Below are positions 28,376 through 37,821 of a stretch of 64,000 nucleotides of DNA, one piece after another; position 1 is the stretch's first letter; each line of letters starts with the position of its first letter. Below the pieces are notes generated by a model. It was not told the origin of the DNA. It did not search any database and saw nothing but the letters and a program-made list of their open reading frames with translations. The stretch covers positions 32,001 to 96,000 of the forward strand of contig JBCCXZ010000004.1 in assembly GCA_039190745.1 (NCBI GenBank). The letters are read 5' to 3'. The stretch is from Planctomycetota bacterium. GTDB taxonomy: Bacteria > Planctomycetota > Planctomycetia > Pirellulales > Lacipirellulaceae. The position numbers and the translations under genes were made by a program.

Positions 28376-30109
28376 TCAATGCGACGCGCCGGCGGCGGTG
28401 AGGCCGCGGAGGTCGTCGACCAGCGACGCGGCCGTGCCGGGAAGCTCCGTGAGTTGCCACGGCAGGACCACGGTGAAGGTGCTGCCCTTGCCGAGCTCGC
28501 TTTCGAGCGTGATGTCGCCGCCCAGCAGCCGGCAGATCTCGCGGACGATCGAAAGCCCGAGTCCGGTGCCGCTGAACTCGCGGGTCATCGCCGTGCCGGA
28601 AGGCAGCACCGAGGCGCCCTGGCGGAACTTCTCGAAGACCCGGGCGCGGTCGGCCTCGCCGATCCCGACGCCGGTGTCCTCGACCGCGAGCCGCAGGTCG
28701 CCCGACGCGTCACGCGAGGCGGTCACGTGCACGCGGCCGCCGTCGGGGGTGAACTTGATGGCGTTGGAGAGGAGGTTGTTGAGCACCTGCTCGATCTTGC
28801 CACGGTCCTGGCGGAGGGGCGGCAAGCCGGGATCGATCTCGTAGTCGAGGTCGATGTTCTTCTTCTCACTCAGCGGCCGGGCGAGGTCGGTCTGCGACGA
28901 GACGAGCGTGCCGATCTCGAACTCTTCGGCCCCGACGTCCATGCGGCCGCTTTCCATCTTGGCGAGGTCCAAGATGTCGTTGATCATCCGCAGGAGCTGC
29001 TTGCCGGAGTTCTGGATGTTGGAAGCGAACCGTCGCTGCTTGTCGTCGAGCGCGTCGACGCCGACCAAGAGGTCGCTGAAGCCGATAATGCTGTTGAGCG
29101 GTGTGCGGAGCTCGTGGCTGACGGTGGCGAGGAAGTCGCCCTTCACCTTGTTCATCTCGAACAGCCGCATGTTGGCCTGGGCGAGCTCGTCGATCTTGCC
29201 GTCCAGCTCGCTGTTGACGCCCTTTAGTTCGTCCTGATGGCGGAGGAGCTGGCGGAGCATGCGGTTGAAGGCGGCGCCGAGCTCTTCGAACTCGTCGCCG
29301 GTGTGGATGACGGCCCGCTGCTCGACGTCGCCGCGGCGGACGGCGTTGCTCACGTCCCGCAGGTGGCGGAGCGGCTTGACGATGATGTAGCGGACGATGA
29401 CCCACATCGCGACCATCGAAGCAAAGGCCGTGACGATAGCGGTCGAGAGCATGATGGTGTGGAGCCGGGTCTGCCCGGCGACGATCTCTTCGGCGTCCAT
29501 GTCGACGCGGACGACGGCCAGCAGATCGCCGATCTGCAAATCGGGCCAAACCACTGGCGTTACGGTGCTGTGGCATCCGATGCAGTGATTGCTCGCGTAG
29601 ACCGGCTCGTAGTAGCGGTACTGCTGCTGCGGAGCGCTGCCCTCCTCGGAATCGGCGCCAGGAGGAGTTTCGACCGGCAGGATGCGGTCGTCCCACTCTT
29701 CGAGGGCTTCGATTTCTGTATCTTTGCTGAGCTGCTTGCCGAGGCGCTGCCACTTGCTCATCAGCTCCCACTCGTACTCGTCCGTGGGCTCCGACAGCCC
29801 GTCGGGGTTGTCCGGGTGCAGCACGGCCCAACGGTACAAGTCGCCGCGGATGTAGCGGGCGGTTGTCTCGTCGACGACCTGCATGGCCTCGATCGACTCC
29901 TGCTTGTTGAAGTGGGCCTCAACCAGCGTCGCCGTGACCAGGGCTTCGCCGATGAAACGGTTCCGCTTGAAAATCTGCTTGTTCGTCTCGCGGCCGTACC
30001 ACCAGAAGCTGCCCATGATGAGCACGAGCAACGAGACGCCGAAGATCCACCGGCACTTCCGCTCCAGGCCGGTTTCGCCGAGGGCCCGTTTGAAGGTGCG
30101 GTAGCTCAT
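28376..30109 (-). CDS. Sensor histidine kinase with a CxxCH-containing periplasmic domain and HAMP
   Basis: Two TM segments, CIGCH, HAMP, SHELRTPL, NLLSNAIKF, DTGVG, GTGLGL. Confidence 0.92.
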   Translation of the reverse strand: MSYRTFKRALGETGLERKCRWIFGVSLLVLIMGSFWWYGRETNKQIFKRNRFIGEALVTATLVEAHFNKQESIEAMQVVDETTARYIRGDLYRWAVLHPDNPDGLSEPTDEYEWELMSKWQRLGKQLSKDTEIEALEEWDDRILPVETPPGADSEEGSAPQQQYRYYEPVYASNHCIGCHSTVTPVVWPDLQIGDLLAVVRVDMDAEEIVAGQTRLHTIMLSTAIVTAFASMVAMWVIVRYIIVKPLRHLRDVSNAVRRGDVEQRAVIHTGDEFEELGAAFNRMLRQLLRHQDELKGVNSELDGKIDELAQANMRLFEMNKVKGDFLATVSHELRTPLNSIIGFSDLLVGVDALDDKQRRFASNIQNSGKQLLRMINDILDLAKMESGRMDVGAEEFEIGTLVSSQTDLARPLSEKKNIDLDYEIDPGLPPLRQDRGKIEQVLNNLLSNAIKFTPDGGRVHVTASRDASGDLRLAVEDTGVGIGEADRARVFEKFRQGASVLPSGTAMTREFSGTGLGLSIVREICRLLGGDITLESELGKGSTFTVVLPWQLTELPGTAASLVDDLRGLTAAGASH

Positions 30110-30111
30110 GG

Positions 30112-30162
30112 GGGAGTGGTAGTGGGAGTGGGAGTTGGGAGAGCGGGCCGCTCCCGCGGCTA
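30112..30162. repeat. GGGAGT hexamer run plus a REP-like hairpin ending GGCTA
   Basis: GGGAGT GGTAGT GGGAGT GGGAGT, then GAGCG-GGC-CGCTC-CCGCGGCTA; the hexamer also occurs at 22701-22718. Confidence 0.55.
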
Positions 30163-30232
30163 CCTATTCTATTGGGGGCGAGAACTTGGGGCCAACCGGG
30201 GTTTGCTAGCCCCGATGGTCGCCGGCTTTCGG

Positions 30233-32521
30233 CTAGAGCATGTCTTGCGGGTCGATGTCGACGGTGAGCGTGACCGACTCCGGCGGGTGCCAGGCGTGCA
30301 GCGTGCGGTGCGTCAGGTCGCGGACCGTGTTGATGGCCTCGCCCTGGAGCTGCACCTGATAGCGGTACTCTCCGCGGAGCTTGGGGATCGCTGCGGGGGC
30401 CGGACCCATGACGCGCGTTTCGCTAGCGTCGGCCTTCAGGTTCCCGGCGAGCGCTTTGGCCGACTCGCGGACGACCGCGTTGGCTTCGCCGCGGAGGACG
30501 ATGCGTACCATCGCGCCAAGCGGCGGGTATTTGAGCCGGGCCCGGGCGACGAGTTCCGCCTCCGCGAACCGCGGGAAGTCGTGCCGGGCGGCGGCGACGA
30601 TCGCGGGGTGGTCGGGGCTGAGCGTCTGCACCAGGACGCGGCCGCCACGGTCGCCCCGGCCTGTGCGTCCGGCGACCTGCGCGACCAGTTGGAACGTGCG
30701 CTCCCCGGCGCGGAAGTCGGGCAGGTGCAGCGCCGTGTCGGCATTGATTACGCCCACCAGCGTGACGTTGGGGAAGTCCAAGCCCTTGGCGATCATCTGG
30801 GTGCCGAGCAGGATGTCGATCTCGCCGCGGCGGAATGCGGAGAGCACGCGCTCGTGGGCGCCGGCGCCGCGCATGCTGTCGGTGTCCATCCGGGCGCACT
30901 TGTAGTCGGGGAAACGGGCGCGGACCTCGGCTTCGAGCTTCTGCGTGCCGAGGCCGCCGTAGCGGATGGCGTCCGACTTGCAGTCGGGGCACTTGGTCGG
31001 CGGCTCGGCGCGGTAGTCGCAGTAGTGGCAGAGCGCGGTATTGTCCTGCCGGTGGTAGGTGAGCGACAACTCGCAGTGGGGGCACTCGAGCTTGAACCCG
31101 CACGCGGGGCACTGCACGTGCGTGGAGAAGCCGCGGCGGTTGAGCAGGTAGATTACCTGCCCGCCGTCGCGGAGCGCGGCCTGCGTGGCCTGGTGCAGGG
31201 GCCGACTGATGCCGCCCCGCCCGCCGCGGGCCTGGCCGGGGTCGCGGAGGTCGACGATCGCCACGTCGGGCATAGGGCGATTGGCCACGCGCTTGGGGAG
31301 CGAAAGCTTGCGGTACTCGCCGGTCGAGGCCCGGTGCCAGGACTCCATCGACGGCGTAGCGCTGCCCAGCACGAGCGGCACGCCCTCTCGCGCGGCGCGT
31401 TGCCAGGCGACGTCACGCGCGTGGTAGCGGGGCGAGGTGTCTTGCTTGAAGGTCGCCTCGTGCTCTTCGTCGATAACGATGAGGCCAAGGTTCCTCGCGG
31501 GGGCGAACACCGCGCTGCGGGCGCCGACGACCACCTGCACCTCGCCGCGGAGGATGCACCGCCAGTGGTCGTGCCGCTGCACCTCCGACTGGTGGCTGTG
31601 CAAGACGGCGATGCGGTCGAACCGCGCCCGGAACCGCCGCACGGTCTGCGGGGTGAGGCTGATCTCCGGAACGAGCACGATCGCCTGCCGGCCGTACTCG
31701 ACGACCCGCTGGATGGCTTGCAGGTAGACCTCGGTCTTGCCGCTGCCGGTCACTCCGTGCAGGACGAGCCCGGTCGCCTCGCGGGATTCGAGCGCGGTGT
31801 GGATTTCGTCAAGCGCGGCCTGCTGGTCGAGGTTGAGCTGCAGCGGCCGCTCGCGAGGGACGGCTTCTTCTTCGGCCCGGTCGGTGGCGACACGCTTGGT
31901 CGTTTTCTCCACCAGGCCCTTCTTCAAGAGCTGCGTGACCGGCGCCATGGTGCAGCCGGCCGACTCGGTGAGCCGCACGGCGGTGATCGGCTCCTCGACT
32001 GCGGCGAGCACTTCGACGCACTTCCGCTGCTTGGGCGGCAGCTTGAGCGTCGGTAGCCTCTCGCGGACGTCGAGCGGCAAGGCGAAGAAGGCAACCTCGC
32101 GTGTGCCAACGTTCTGCCGCACTCCCGACGGGAGCACCGCCTCAAGCACCTGCCCCCACGGGCAGAGGTAGTAGCGGCTCATCCAGTGCGTGAGCTCGAG
32201 CATCGCGGGGCTGAGCAGCCGCTCGGCATCGAGCACGGCGGCGACCGACTTCAGCCGCGCCGGGTCGACCCGCTTCACGCCCACTCCGACGCAGTACGCC
32301 GCCCGTCGTCGATTCGCTCGGCCGAAAGGCACGCCGAGTCGTCGGCCCGGTTCGACGAGCTGCTCGAGCCTCGACGGGTCGAGGTTCTGCGGCGGAACGA
32401 GGTAGTCGAACTCGCCGCTGGGGCCGTCGCTCAGCAGCACCGTGGCGACGGTCCGCTCTTGGGCGGCGTCAAGCTCCCACTGCTCGGGCTCGTTGTCGAG
32501 GAAAGACTGCTGCTGGGCCAT
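30233..32521 (-). CDS. priA: Primosomal protein N'
   Basis: GVTGSGKTEVY, DEEH, LGSATPS, four CxxC motifs, GTQMIAKGLDFP, QVAGRTGR. Confidence 0.97.
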   Translation of the reverse strand: MAQQQSFLDNEPEQWELDAAQERTVATVLLSDGPSGEFDYLVPPQNLDPSRLEQLVEPGRRLGVPFGRANRRRAAYCVGVGVKRVDPARLKSVAAVLDAERLLSPAMLELTHWMSRYYLCPWGQVLEAVLPSGVRQNVGTREVAFFALPLDVRERLPTLKLPPKQRKCVEVLAAVEEPITAVRLTESAGCTMAPVTQLLKKGLVEKTTKRVATDRAEEEAVPRERPLQLNLDQQAALDEIHTALESREATGLVLHGVTGSGKTEVYLQAIQRVVEYGRQAIVLVPEISLTPQTVRRFRARFDRIAVLHSHQSEVQRHDHWRCILRGEVQVVVGARSAVFAPARNLGLIVIDEEHEATFKQDTSPRYHARDVAWQRAAREGVPLVLGSATPSMESWHRASTGEYRKLSLPKRVANRPMPDVAIVDLRDPGQARGGRGGISRPLHQATQAALRDGGQVIYLLNRRGFSTHVQCPACGFKLECPHCELSLTYHRQDNTALCHYCDYRAEPPTKCPDCKSDAIRYGGLGTQKLEAEVRARFPDYKCARMDTDSMRGAGAHERVLSAFRRGEIDILLGTQMIAKGLDFPNVTLVGVINADTALHLPDFRAGERTFQLVAQVAGRTGRGDRGGRVLVQTLSPDHPAIVAAARHDFPRFAEAELVARARLKYPPLGAMVRIVLRGEANAVVRESAKALAGNLKADASETRVMGPAPAAIPKLRGEYRYQVQLQGEAINTVRDLTHRTLHAWHPPESVTLTVDIDPQDML

Positions 32522-32621
32522 GGCGTGCGGCGGTGTCGGTGCGGTTGGCGTGGGGTTACGATAGCACCCGACGAACCGATCGCCCTAGGGGCGTGCGTGA
32601 TCCACACGAGAATAGCAGGCT

Positions 32622-33230
32622 ATGCGGCTCGGTATATTTGGCGGCAGCTTCGACCCCATCCACAACGGGCACCTCCTGCTCGCGGACTGCTGCGTGGAGC
32701 AGCGGGGGCTGGACACCCTGTGGCTGGTGCCGACTTGCCGGCAGCCGTTCAAGCCCCGCGGGCCGGTAGCCTCCGACGAAGCCCGGCTGGCCATGCTGCG
32801 GGCGGCGATCGCCGGACGGGAGCGGCTGGGCGTTTCGACCATTGAGCTCGAGCGCGGCGGCACGAGCTACACGGTCGACACGCTGGAGCGGATCGCCGCG
32901 GAGCACCCCGACGCCAAGCTGTTTCTGGCGATGGGCGCCGACACGCTGGCCGACCTGCCGCACTGGAAAGACCCGCGGCGGGTGTGCGAGCTCGCCACGC
33001 CCATGGCTGTGGGGCGGGCGGGGTTTGGAGCGACAGACTTTTGCGTGCTGGAAGACGTCGTGCCTGCAGAACGGCTGGGCGAGATCGCCGCGGCTGCGGT
33101 GACGATGCCGGCGGCGGAAGTAAGCAGCTCTGCGATCCGTCGAGCGGTTGCGGCGGGGCGCCCTTGGCGCGAGCATGTGCCCAAGAGTGTAGCGGCCGTG
33201 ATCGACGAGCGCCAGCTCTATCGCGGCTAG
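32622..33230 (+). CDS. nadD: Nicotinate-nucleotide adenylyltransferase
   Basis: GGSFDPIHNGH, SYTVDTL, MGAD, VSSSAIR. Confidence 0.96.
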   Translation: MRLGIFGGSFDPIHNGHLLLADCCVEQRGLDTLWLVPTCRQPFKPRGPVASDEARLAMLRAAIAGRERLGVSTIELERGGTSYTVDTLERIAAEHPDAKLFLAMGADTLADLPHWKDPRRVCELATPMAVGRAGFGATDFCVLEDVVPAERLGEIAAAAVTMPAAEVSSSAIRRAVAAGRPWREHVPKSVAAVIDERQLYRG

Positions 33231-33505
33231 GCGGCAGCGCGGGGCTGCACCAGCTGCGTGGTGCCCTGGATCTCGCGGATGAGTGCAGCGGGGACGCCCG
33301 GGGGCAACGCGGGCTCGGCACGCAGGGCGTCGATCACGTCGCGGAGCTGCTCGCGGTGGGGCTGGCTGGCGTCGAGCAGCAACCACTTCTTGCCGCGGAT
33401 GAGGCAATGGCCCCCACCGGCGCCGTCGAGCGCGTCTTCCCGGACCTGGTAACCCACTTGCCGTGCCAGTGCGACCGCCGAAGCGAGCAAAGCGACCATC
33501 TGCAT
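33227..33505 (-). CDS. Small hypothetical protein
   Basis: Globular-looking 92-aa ORF (GYQVRED..GGGHCLIRGKKWLLLD); GGGAAG upstream. Confidence 0.65.
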   Translation of the reverse strand: MQMVALLASAVALARQVGYQVREDALDGAGGGHCLIRGKKWLLLDASQPHREQLRDVIDALRAEPALPPGVPAALIREIQGTTQLVQPRAAA

Positions 33506-33776
33506 CTTGCTCTTCCCTATTAGTTTGACACCGTGGGGCGGATTGGGGCGTGCGCGGCGGGGATTGTAGGCCCTTGGGTTTGAGTCGCCCAGCCGAGTTC
33601 GTCGATAGACGGCTAGGGCGGTAACCTCTTCTCCGCAAAGGCTTAACAGCCGCGGATTAGCGAAACACGCGGGAGTGCCAAGGACTGGCAATCTGCGTTG
33701 TGTTTAGCGGTTGAAGCCGCCCGCCCCGCTGCCAGCAGCAAGATCGCCATCGCCCCGCCTAGCGCAAGGACGCACC

Positions 33777-34610
33777 ATGCAAAGCGGCTCCCCGGTACCC
33801 AGCGACGCCTCCCCGCAGACGCCGTCGCCGGCCGAGCAGGTCCGGATCCTCGAGCAGCAGCTGCGTGAGTCGCAGAGAATGGCGGCGCTAGGCGAGCTGG
33901 TCGGCACCACTACGCACGAATTCAACAACGTGCTGATGACGGTGCTGAACTATGCCAAGCTGGGCCTGCGGAACAAAGACGAGGCTTCGCGAGACAAGGC
34001 CTTCGAAAAGATCCTCGCCGCGGCGCAGCGGGCCGAACGGATCACCAACAGCGTGCTCGGCATCGCGCGGAACCGGTGCGACGACTTCGCACCGACCGAC
34101 CTGGTCAAGCTGATCGACGAGTGCCTCGTGCTGCTGGAGCGCGAGATGCGGAAATACCGCGTGAACGTCCACCGCGAGCTGCCAGACGTGCCGCCGGTGC
34201 GTGCGGTGGGCAACCAGGTGCAGCAGGTGCTGCTGAACCTGATGACCAACTCGCGGCAAGCGATGCCCGAGGGCGGCGAACTCACGCTCCGGCTTAGCCA
34301 CGACGCAGAGAGCGGCACGGTCGACCTCACGGTACGCGACACGGGCCAGGGCATCCCGCGGGAGAAGCTGCCGCGGATTTTTGACCGCTACTACACCACC
34401 AAGGCCGGCCCCGACGCCACGGGCAAGGGCGGCACGGGCGTCGGGCTCTCCACCTGCCGCGACATCGTCGAAGCACACCAAGGGCGGATCCGCGTCGAGA
34501 GCACGGTCGGCCGCGGGACGGCGTTCACGGTCCGCCTGCCGGTGTTCAAGACCAACCCCGAAGCGGCCGGCGGCCCGCACGTGAAGCTCGGCGTGCCCTG
34601 CAGCGGCTAG
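33777..34610 (+). CDS. Cytoplasmic histidine kinase (HisKA plus HATPase only)
   Basis: LGELVGTTTHEFNNVL, QQVLLNLMTNS, DTGQG, GTGVGL. Confidence 0.9.
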   Translation: MQSGSPVPSDASPQTPSPAEQVRILEQQLRESQRMAALGELVGTTTHEFNNVLMTVLNYAKLGLRNKDEASRDKAFEKILAAAQRAERITNSVLGIARNRCDDFAPTDLVKLIDECLVLLEREMRKYRVNVHRELPDVPPVRAVGNQVQQVLLNLMTNSRQAMPEGGELTLRLSHDAESGTVDLTVRDTGQGIPREKLPRIFDRYYTTKAGPDATGKGGTGVGLSTCRDIVEAHQGRIRVESTVGRGTAFTVRLPVFKTNPEAAGGPHVKLGVPCSG

Positions 34611-34625
34611 CCCCTCGGCAATCCG

Positions 34626-35258
34626 CTACAGGTTTCCAGAAGCCCGCTCGCGGATGCGCTCGAGCATCTCCTGCTCCAGCGCGATGTCGCGACCGATGGG
34701 GATCCACTCCCCGCCGAACCGCAGCTTGCTCACGTCCTGCGAGAGCCGTGGGTCGAGCGAGCTGTCGTTCCGCAGCGTTGCTGCCCCGGCCGTGGCGCCC
34801 TCGGGGCGCGGCAGGTCTTCCAGTTCCTTCTGCACGATCACCTCGACGAGCCAACCGCCCCTGTCGGGGATCACGCGCACCACGGCGCCGCGTCGGATGG
34901 TCTGCAGCGTGCTCTGCCAGCGGTTGAACCGGCCGACCGAGTCGCGGCGGTGCGGCTCGACGATCGTTGCGCCGATCCGCGGGAACGTGACGATGCTGCC
35001 CTCGGTGATGACGTCGCCGACCAGCTCGACGCGTCGCTCACTCTCGACGCGGAAGAAGTCGTCGACCGAGTCGACGACCTGCTCCCAGGTGAAGTCCTGG
35101 TTGGCGACCGGCACGAACACGGGGTTGGGCCCCGTTGGGACGGTGACCTGCTTCTCGTAGATGGGCAACGCGAACAACGGCCCCACGGCCGGGCCCCGGC
35201 ACGCGGCCAGGGCGGCGAGCGCGGCGGTCACGGCGGCGGTTGCGGTCAGGCGGATCAT
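34626..35258 (-). CDS. Hypothetical lipoprotein
   Basis: Lipobox LAAC after a hydrophobic stretch; STLQTIRR, VQKELEDL. Confidence 0.7.
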   Translation of the reverse strand: MIRLTATAAVTAALAALAACRGPAVGPLFALPIYEKQVTVPTGPNPVFVPVANQDFTWEQVVDSVDDFFRVESERRVELVGDVITEGSIVTFPRIGATIVEPHRRDSVGRFNRWQSTLQTIRRGAVVRVIPDRGGWLVEVIVQKELEDLPRPEGATAGAATLRNDSSLDPRLSQDVSKLRFGGEWIPIGRDIALEQEMLERIRERASGNL

Positions 35259-35364
35259 GCGCGGCTGCTTGCGGGGAGGAGCTAGAAGCGGCGGGATGAT
35301 CCACGAAACGGCCGCCAGCAACAATACGGATGGCGAAACCGCGGTTCCAGAAACGCTAGCACCA

Positions 35365-35404
35365 ATAAAAACGGGCCGGGCGCCGCGGTGTGGCGCCCGG
35401 CCCG
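35365..35404 (-). terminator. Rho-independent terminator
   Basis: CGGGCCGGGCGCC/GGCGCCCGGCCCG 13-bp stem with an A-run on the plus strand 5' side (U-tract on minus). Confidence 0.8.
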
Positions 35405-35487
35405 GCGGGGTGCAAAGCCGCGGCCAAAGTGGCTGGTGTGGCCCCCGTTGCCCGCGGCGGGAGGGAGCCGGCAGTTGGATCGGCGGG

Positions 35488-36186
35488 CTAGTAGACCCCC
35501 ACATCGCCATCGACTCCGAGCCTTCGTTTGAGCTGCTCGAACTGTTCGATGTAGTCGTCGTTCGTCGAGTGGACGTGCTCGGCCTCGGTGAGGAACTTCA
35601 TGTCCTCGCGGCAGTTCAAGCCCGAGTCGATTAGCGACATCTCGTAGTCGCGGAGCTCTTTGCCGTAGACGATCAGCAGTTTGTGCTCATCGAACTGCAC
35701 CTCCTGCGGGAGGCGCGGGTTGAGCACGGCGATACCGGTGCAGCCGTCGTTGGTGAGCAGGTCCTCAAAATCCCACAGGATGCTCTGCAGGATTGGCATG
35801 TCGATGTGTTCGCGGTACAGGTCGCTGTGGCCTGTGGCCGAGTAGTCGTGGCTGGTTTCGAGCACTACGTCGACGACGCTGCCCAGCGGTTGCAGGAGGT
35901 CCATGAAGGTCTCGAACAGACGCGGCTTGCTGGCCGCGGCCATCACGACCGGCACGCTCGTCTTCGAGGCCTGGTCCTCGTAGGTGTCGTGGCGGAAGCC
36001 TTCGCTGGGCACCACTTCCAACTCATACGAGGGGCGGACCGCGTCGGTCAGTTGAAACCGGCCGTAGCGGCTAATGGCGAGGTGCTCTTCGAGCTGCTCC
36101 TCGGTGAGCTCTTGGAAACCGCGTTGGTCCGCGGCATCGACCTCCTCGTGGAGGGCTGTCCGGAAAAAATTCTTTAGAAACCCCAT
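35488..36186 (-). CDS. Hypothetical acidic protein
   Basis: 232-aa ORF with natural composition (VVLETSH, DGCTG, EVQFDEHK); own terminator. Confidence 0.8.
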   Translation of the reverse strand: MGFLKNFFRTALHEEVDAADQRGFQELTEEQLEEHLAISRYGRFQLTDAVRPSYELEVVPSEGFRHDTYEDQASKTSVPVVMAAASKPRLFETFMDLLQPLGSVVDVVLETSHDYSATGHSDLYREHIDMPILQSILWDFEDLLTNDGCTGIAVLNPRLPQEVQFDEHKLLIVYGKELRDYEMSLIDSGLNCREDMKFLTEAEHVHSTNDDYIEQFEQLKRRLGVDGDVGVY

Positions 36187-36533
36187 CGACCTGTCTCGGT
36201 ACTTGCGTTGGTGTGTGTCAGCTTCCGGGGAGGATGCTGGGTCTGGGAGGTCGCCGAGTCGTTCGGTCTACTTGCGGGGCGGGGGCCTGTTTGCGGCCCC
36301 GTGCTTCCCGCACGGTGGCCGCCAGCTTGGCCCTCGTTAACGAAACCTAGGTCACCAGCGGGCGATTTCCGTGAGGGGCTCGGCAGGCGGCCTGAGATTC
36401 TTCAGCGGCAAAGAGCCCGCGCGGAAAGACCGACACAACCTGCTTGTTGTGGCGTTGGGGCAACGCCGTGAGTGATGCCCCTCGGCGACCGGTGGCAAAA
36501 AAGAAACGGACCGGGCGGCCGCAACGACAACCG

Positions 36534-37790
36534 CTAGGGGGTTACCGCCGAGACGGCCATCCCGCGGCAGAGGGTCGAGACGGCCATCGCCGTGCCGTAC
36601 TGCTGGTGGTAGTTGTAGAGCATGAAGTCCCACCAACTGCCGTCCTTCTCCTGCAGCGGCACCAGCAGCCCCGCGAGGCGGCCGTGGTAGCCGGCCCGCT
36701 CTGCCTCGGGCAGCAGGTCGACGCACATCGCGGCGTAGAGGTGCGCGTAGTAGTAGAAGTACCCGGCGATCGCGAAGTGCGACTCGTGCGGGCGCTGCGT
36801 CTTGCGCCCGATGCTCAGCCAGCCGTTGCGGGCGATCAGGCGGTCGAGCCAGGTGCGGAGCACGTCGTCGGTTACCGCCTCGTCGCCGGAGAGCCGCAGG
36901 GCGAGGTTGCACACCTGCGACCGGCCCAAGCTGCCGGCGGGGCGATTGATGCTGTAGCGCGGCCGGAGGACGTGGTGCTCTCCGTAGGCGTAGGCAAAGT
37001 CGGGGAAGCGTTGGCGCTGGATCGAGGCGATCGCCCCGCTCTTCACAGCCGCGGGCGCCCGGACGCCCAGGAGGCGGGCGTCTTCGAGCGCGACCAGCAC
37101 GGTGGCCGTGGCAAAACAGTTCGAGTTGCCTGCGGGCCGCTGGGTTCGCCCACGGGAGTCGTAGTACCCCCAGCCGCCGCCGAGGTAACAATCGCTTGCC
37201 AGGCGGTCGACGTGGCGCCGGATGAGCGGCGCGATCGTCTGCTTCTCTTCGGCGGTGAACACACTAGAGCGCTCCATCGCCGCCAGCGCGGAGATGGTGT
37301 AAGCGTGCCCCCACACGCTGTAGAGCGTGTAGCCGAAGCGGTCGGCTCGGAAATCGGGCGCGGCGCGGCGGAGCTCACCGCTGTGCTTCAGGAGCCACTC
37401 CCCGCCGCGGCGGAGGGCCTTGTCTAAGCGCTCGGCCCGCTCGCCGGAGGCGTGGGGCCTGGCGTCGATCAGCGCTGATACCGCGAGGCCCGTCACCGCG
37501 GTGCGGAAGGCGAAATGGGCATCCGGCAACGGGGCGTACACGCGGTAGTACTTGCCGGTGCTGTGCGTTCCCCATGCACCGCTGGGCAGCTGGGACTCGA
37601 TCAGGAAATCGACGCCCCGGTCAACGGCGTCCTGCACGGCCTCCCGTGCCGGAGGGTCTGCGGCGGGCGGCTTGGGGCCCGTGGTGGCAAGCGGGCCGGG
37701 GGCCTCTGCCGTGGCGACGGCAGCGGTCCACGCGGCCAGCACGGTCCAGGCAGTCGTGAAGAGGGCAGCGTTGCTGAGCCGGCGCGGCAT
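36534..37790 (-). CDS. Secreted prenyltransferase/squalene-oxidase repeat (alpha/alpha toroid) protein
   Basis: Signal peptide; QW-like repeats FLIESQLPSGAW, GGWGY, LQEKDGSWW. Confidence 0.75.
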   Translation of the reverse strand: MPRRLSNAALFTTAWTVLAAWTAAVATAEAPGPLATTGPKPPAADPPAREAVQDAVDRGVDFLIESQLPSGAWGTHSTGKYYRVYAPLPDAHFAFRTAVTGLAVSALIDARPHASGERAERLDKALRRGGEWLLKHSGELRRAAPDFRADRFGYTLYSVWGHAYTISALAAMERSSVFTAEEKQTIAPLIRRHVDRLASDCYLGGGWGYYDSRGRTQRPAGNSNCFATATVLVALEDARLLGVRAPAAVKSGAIASIQRQRFPDFAYAYGEHHVLRPRYSINRPAGSLGRSQVCNLALRLSGDEAVTDDVLRTWLDRLIARNGWLSIGRKTQRPHESHFAIAGYFYYYAHLYAAMCVDLLPEAERAGYHGRLAGLLVPLQEKDGSWWDFMLYNYHQQYGTAMAVSTLCRGMAVSAVTP

Positions 37791-37821
37791 CCGTGTGGAC
37801 CGTGATTGAGGGTTGCCCGAA

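Noticed and set aside
29237..32056. 939-aa plus-strand ORF
   Set aside because: Antisense to priA and the histidine kinase, with no recognisable domain.
36187..36533. Long intergenic region with several GC hairpins
   Set aside because: No recognisable RNA motif or coherent fold beyond what GC content predicts.
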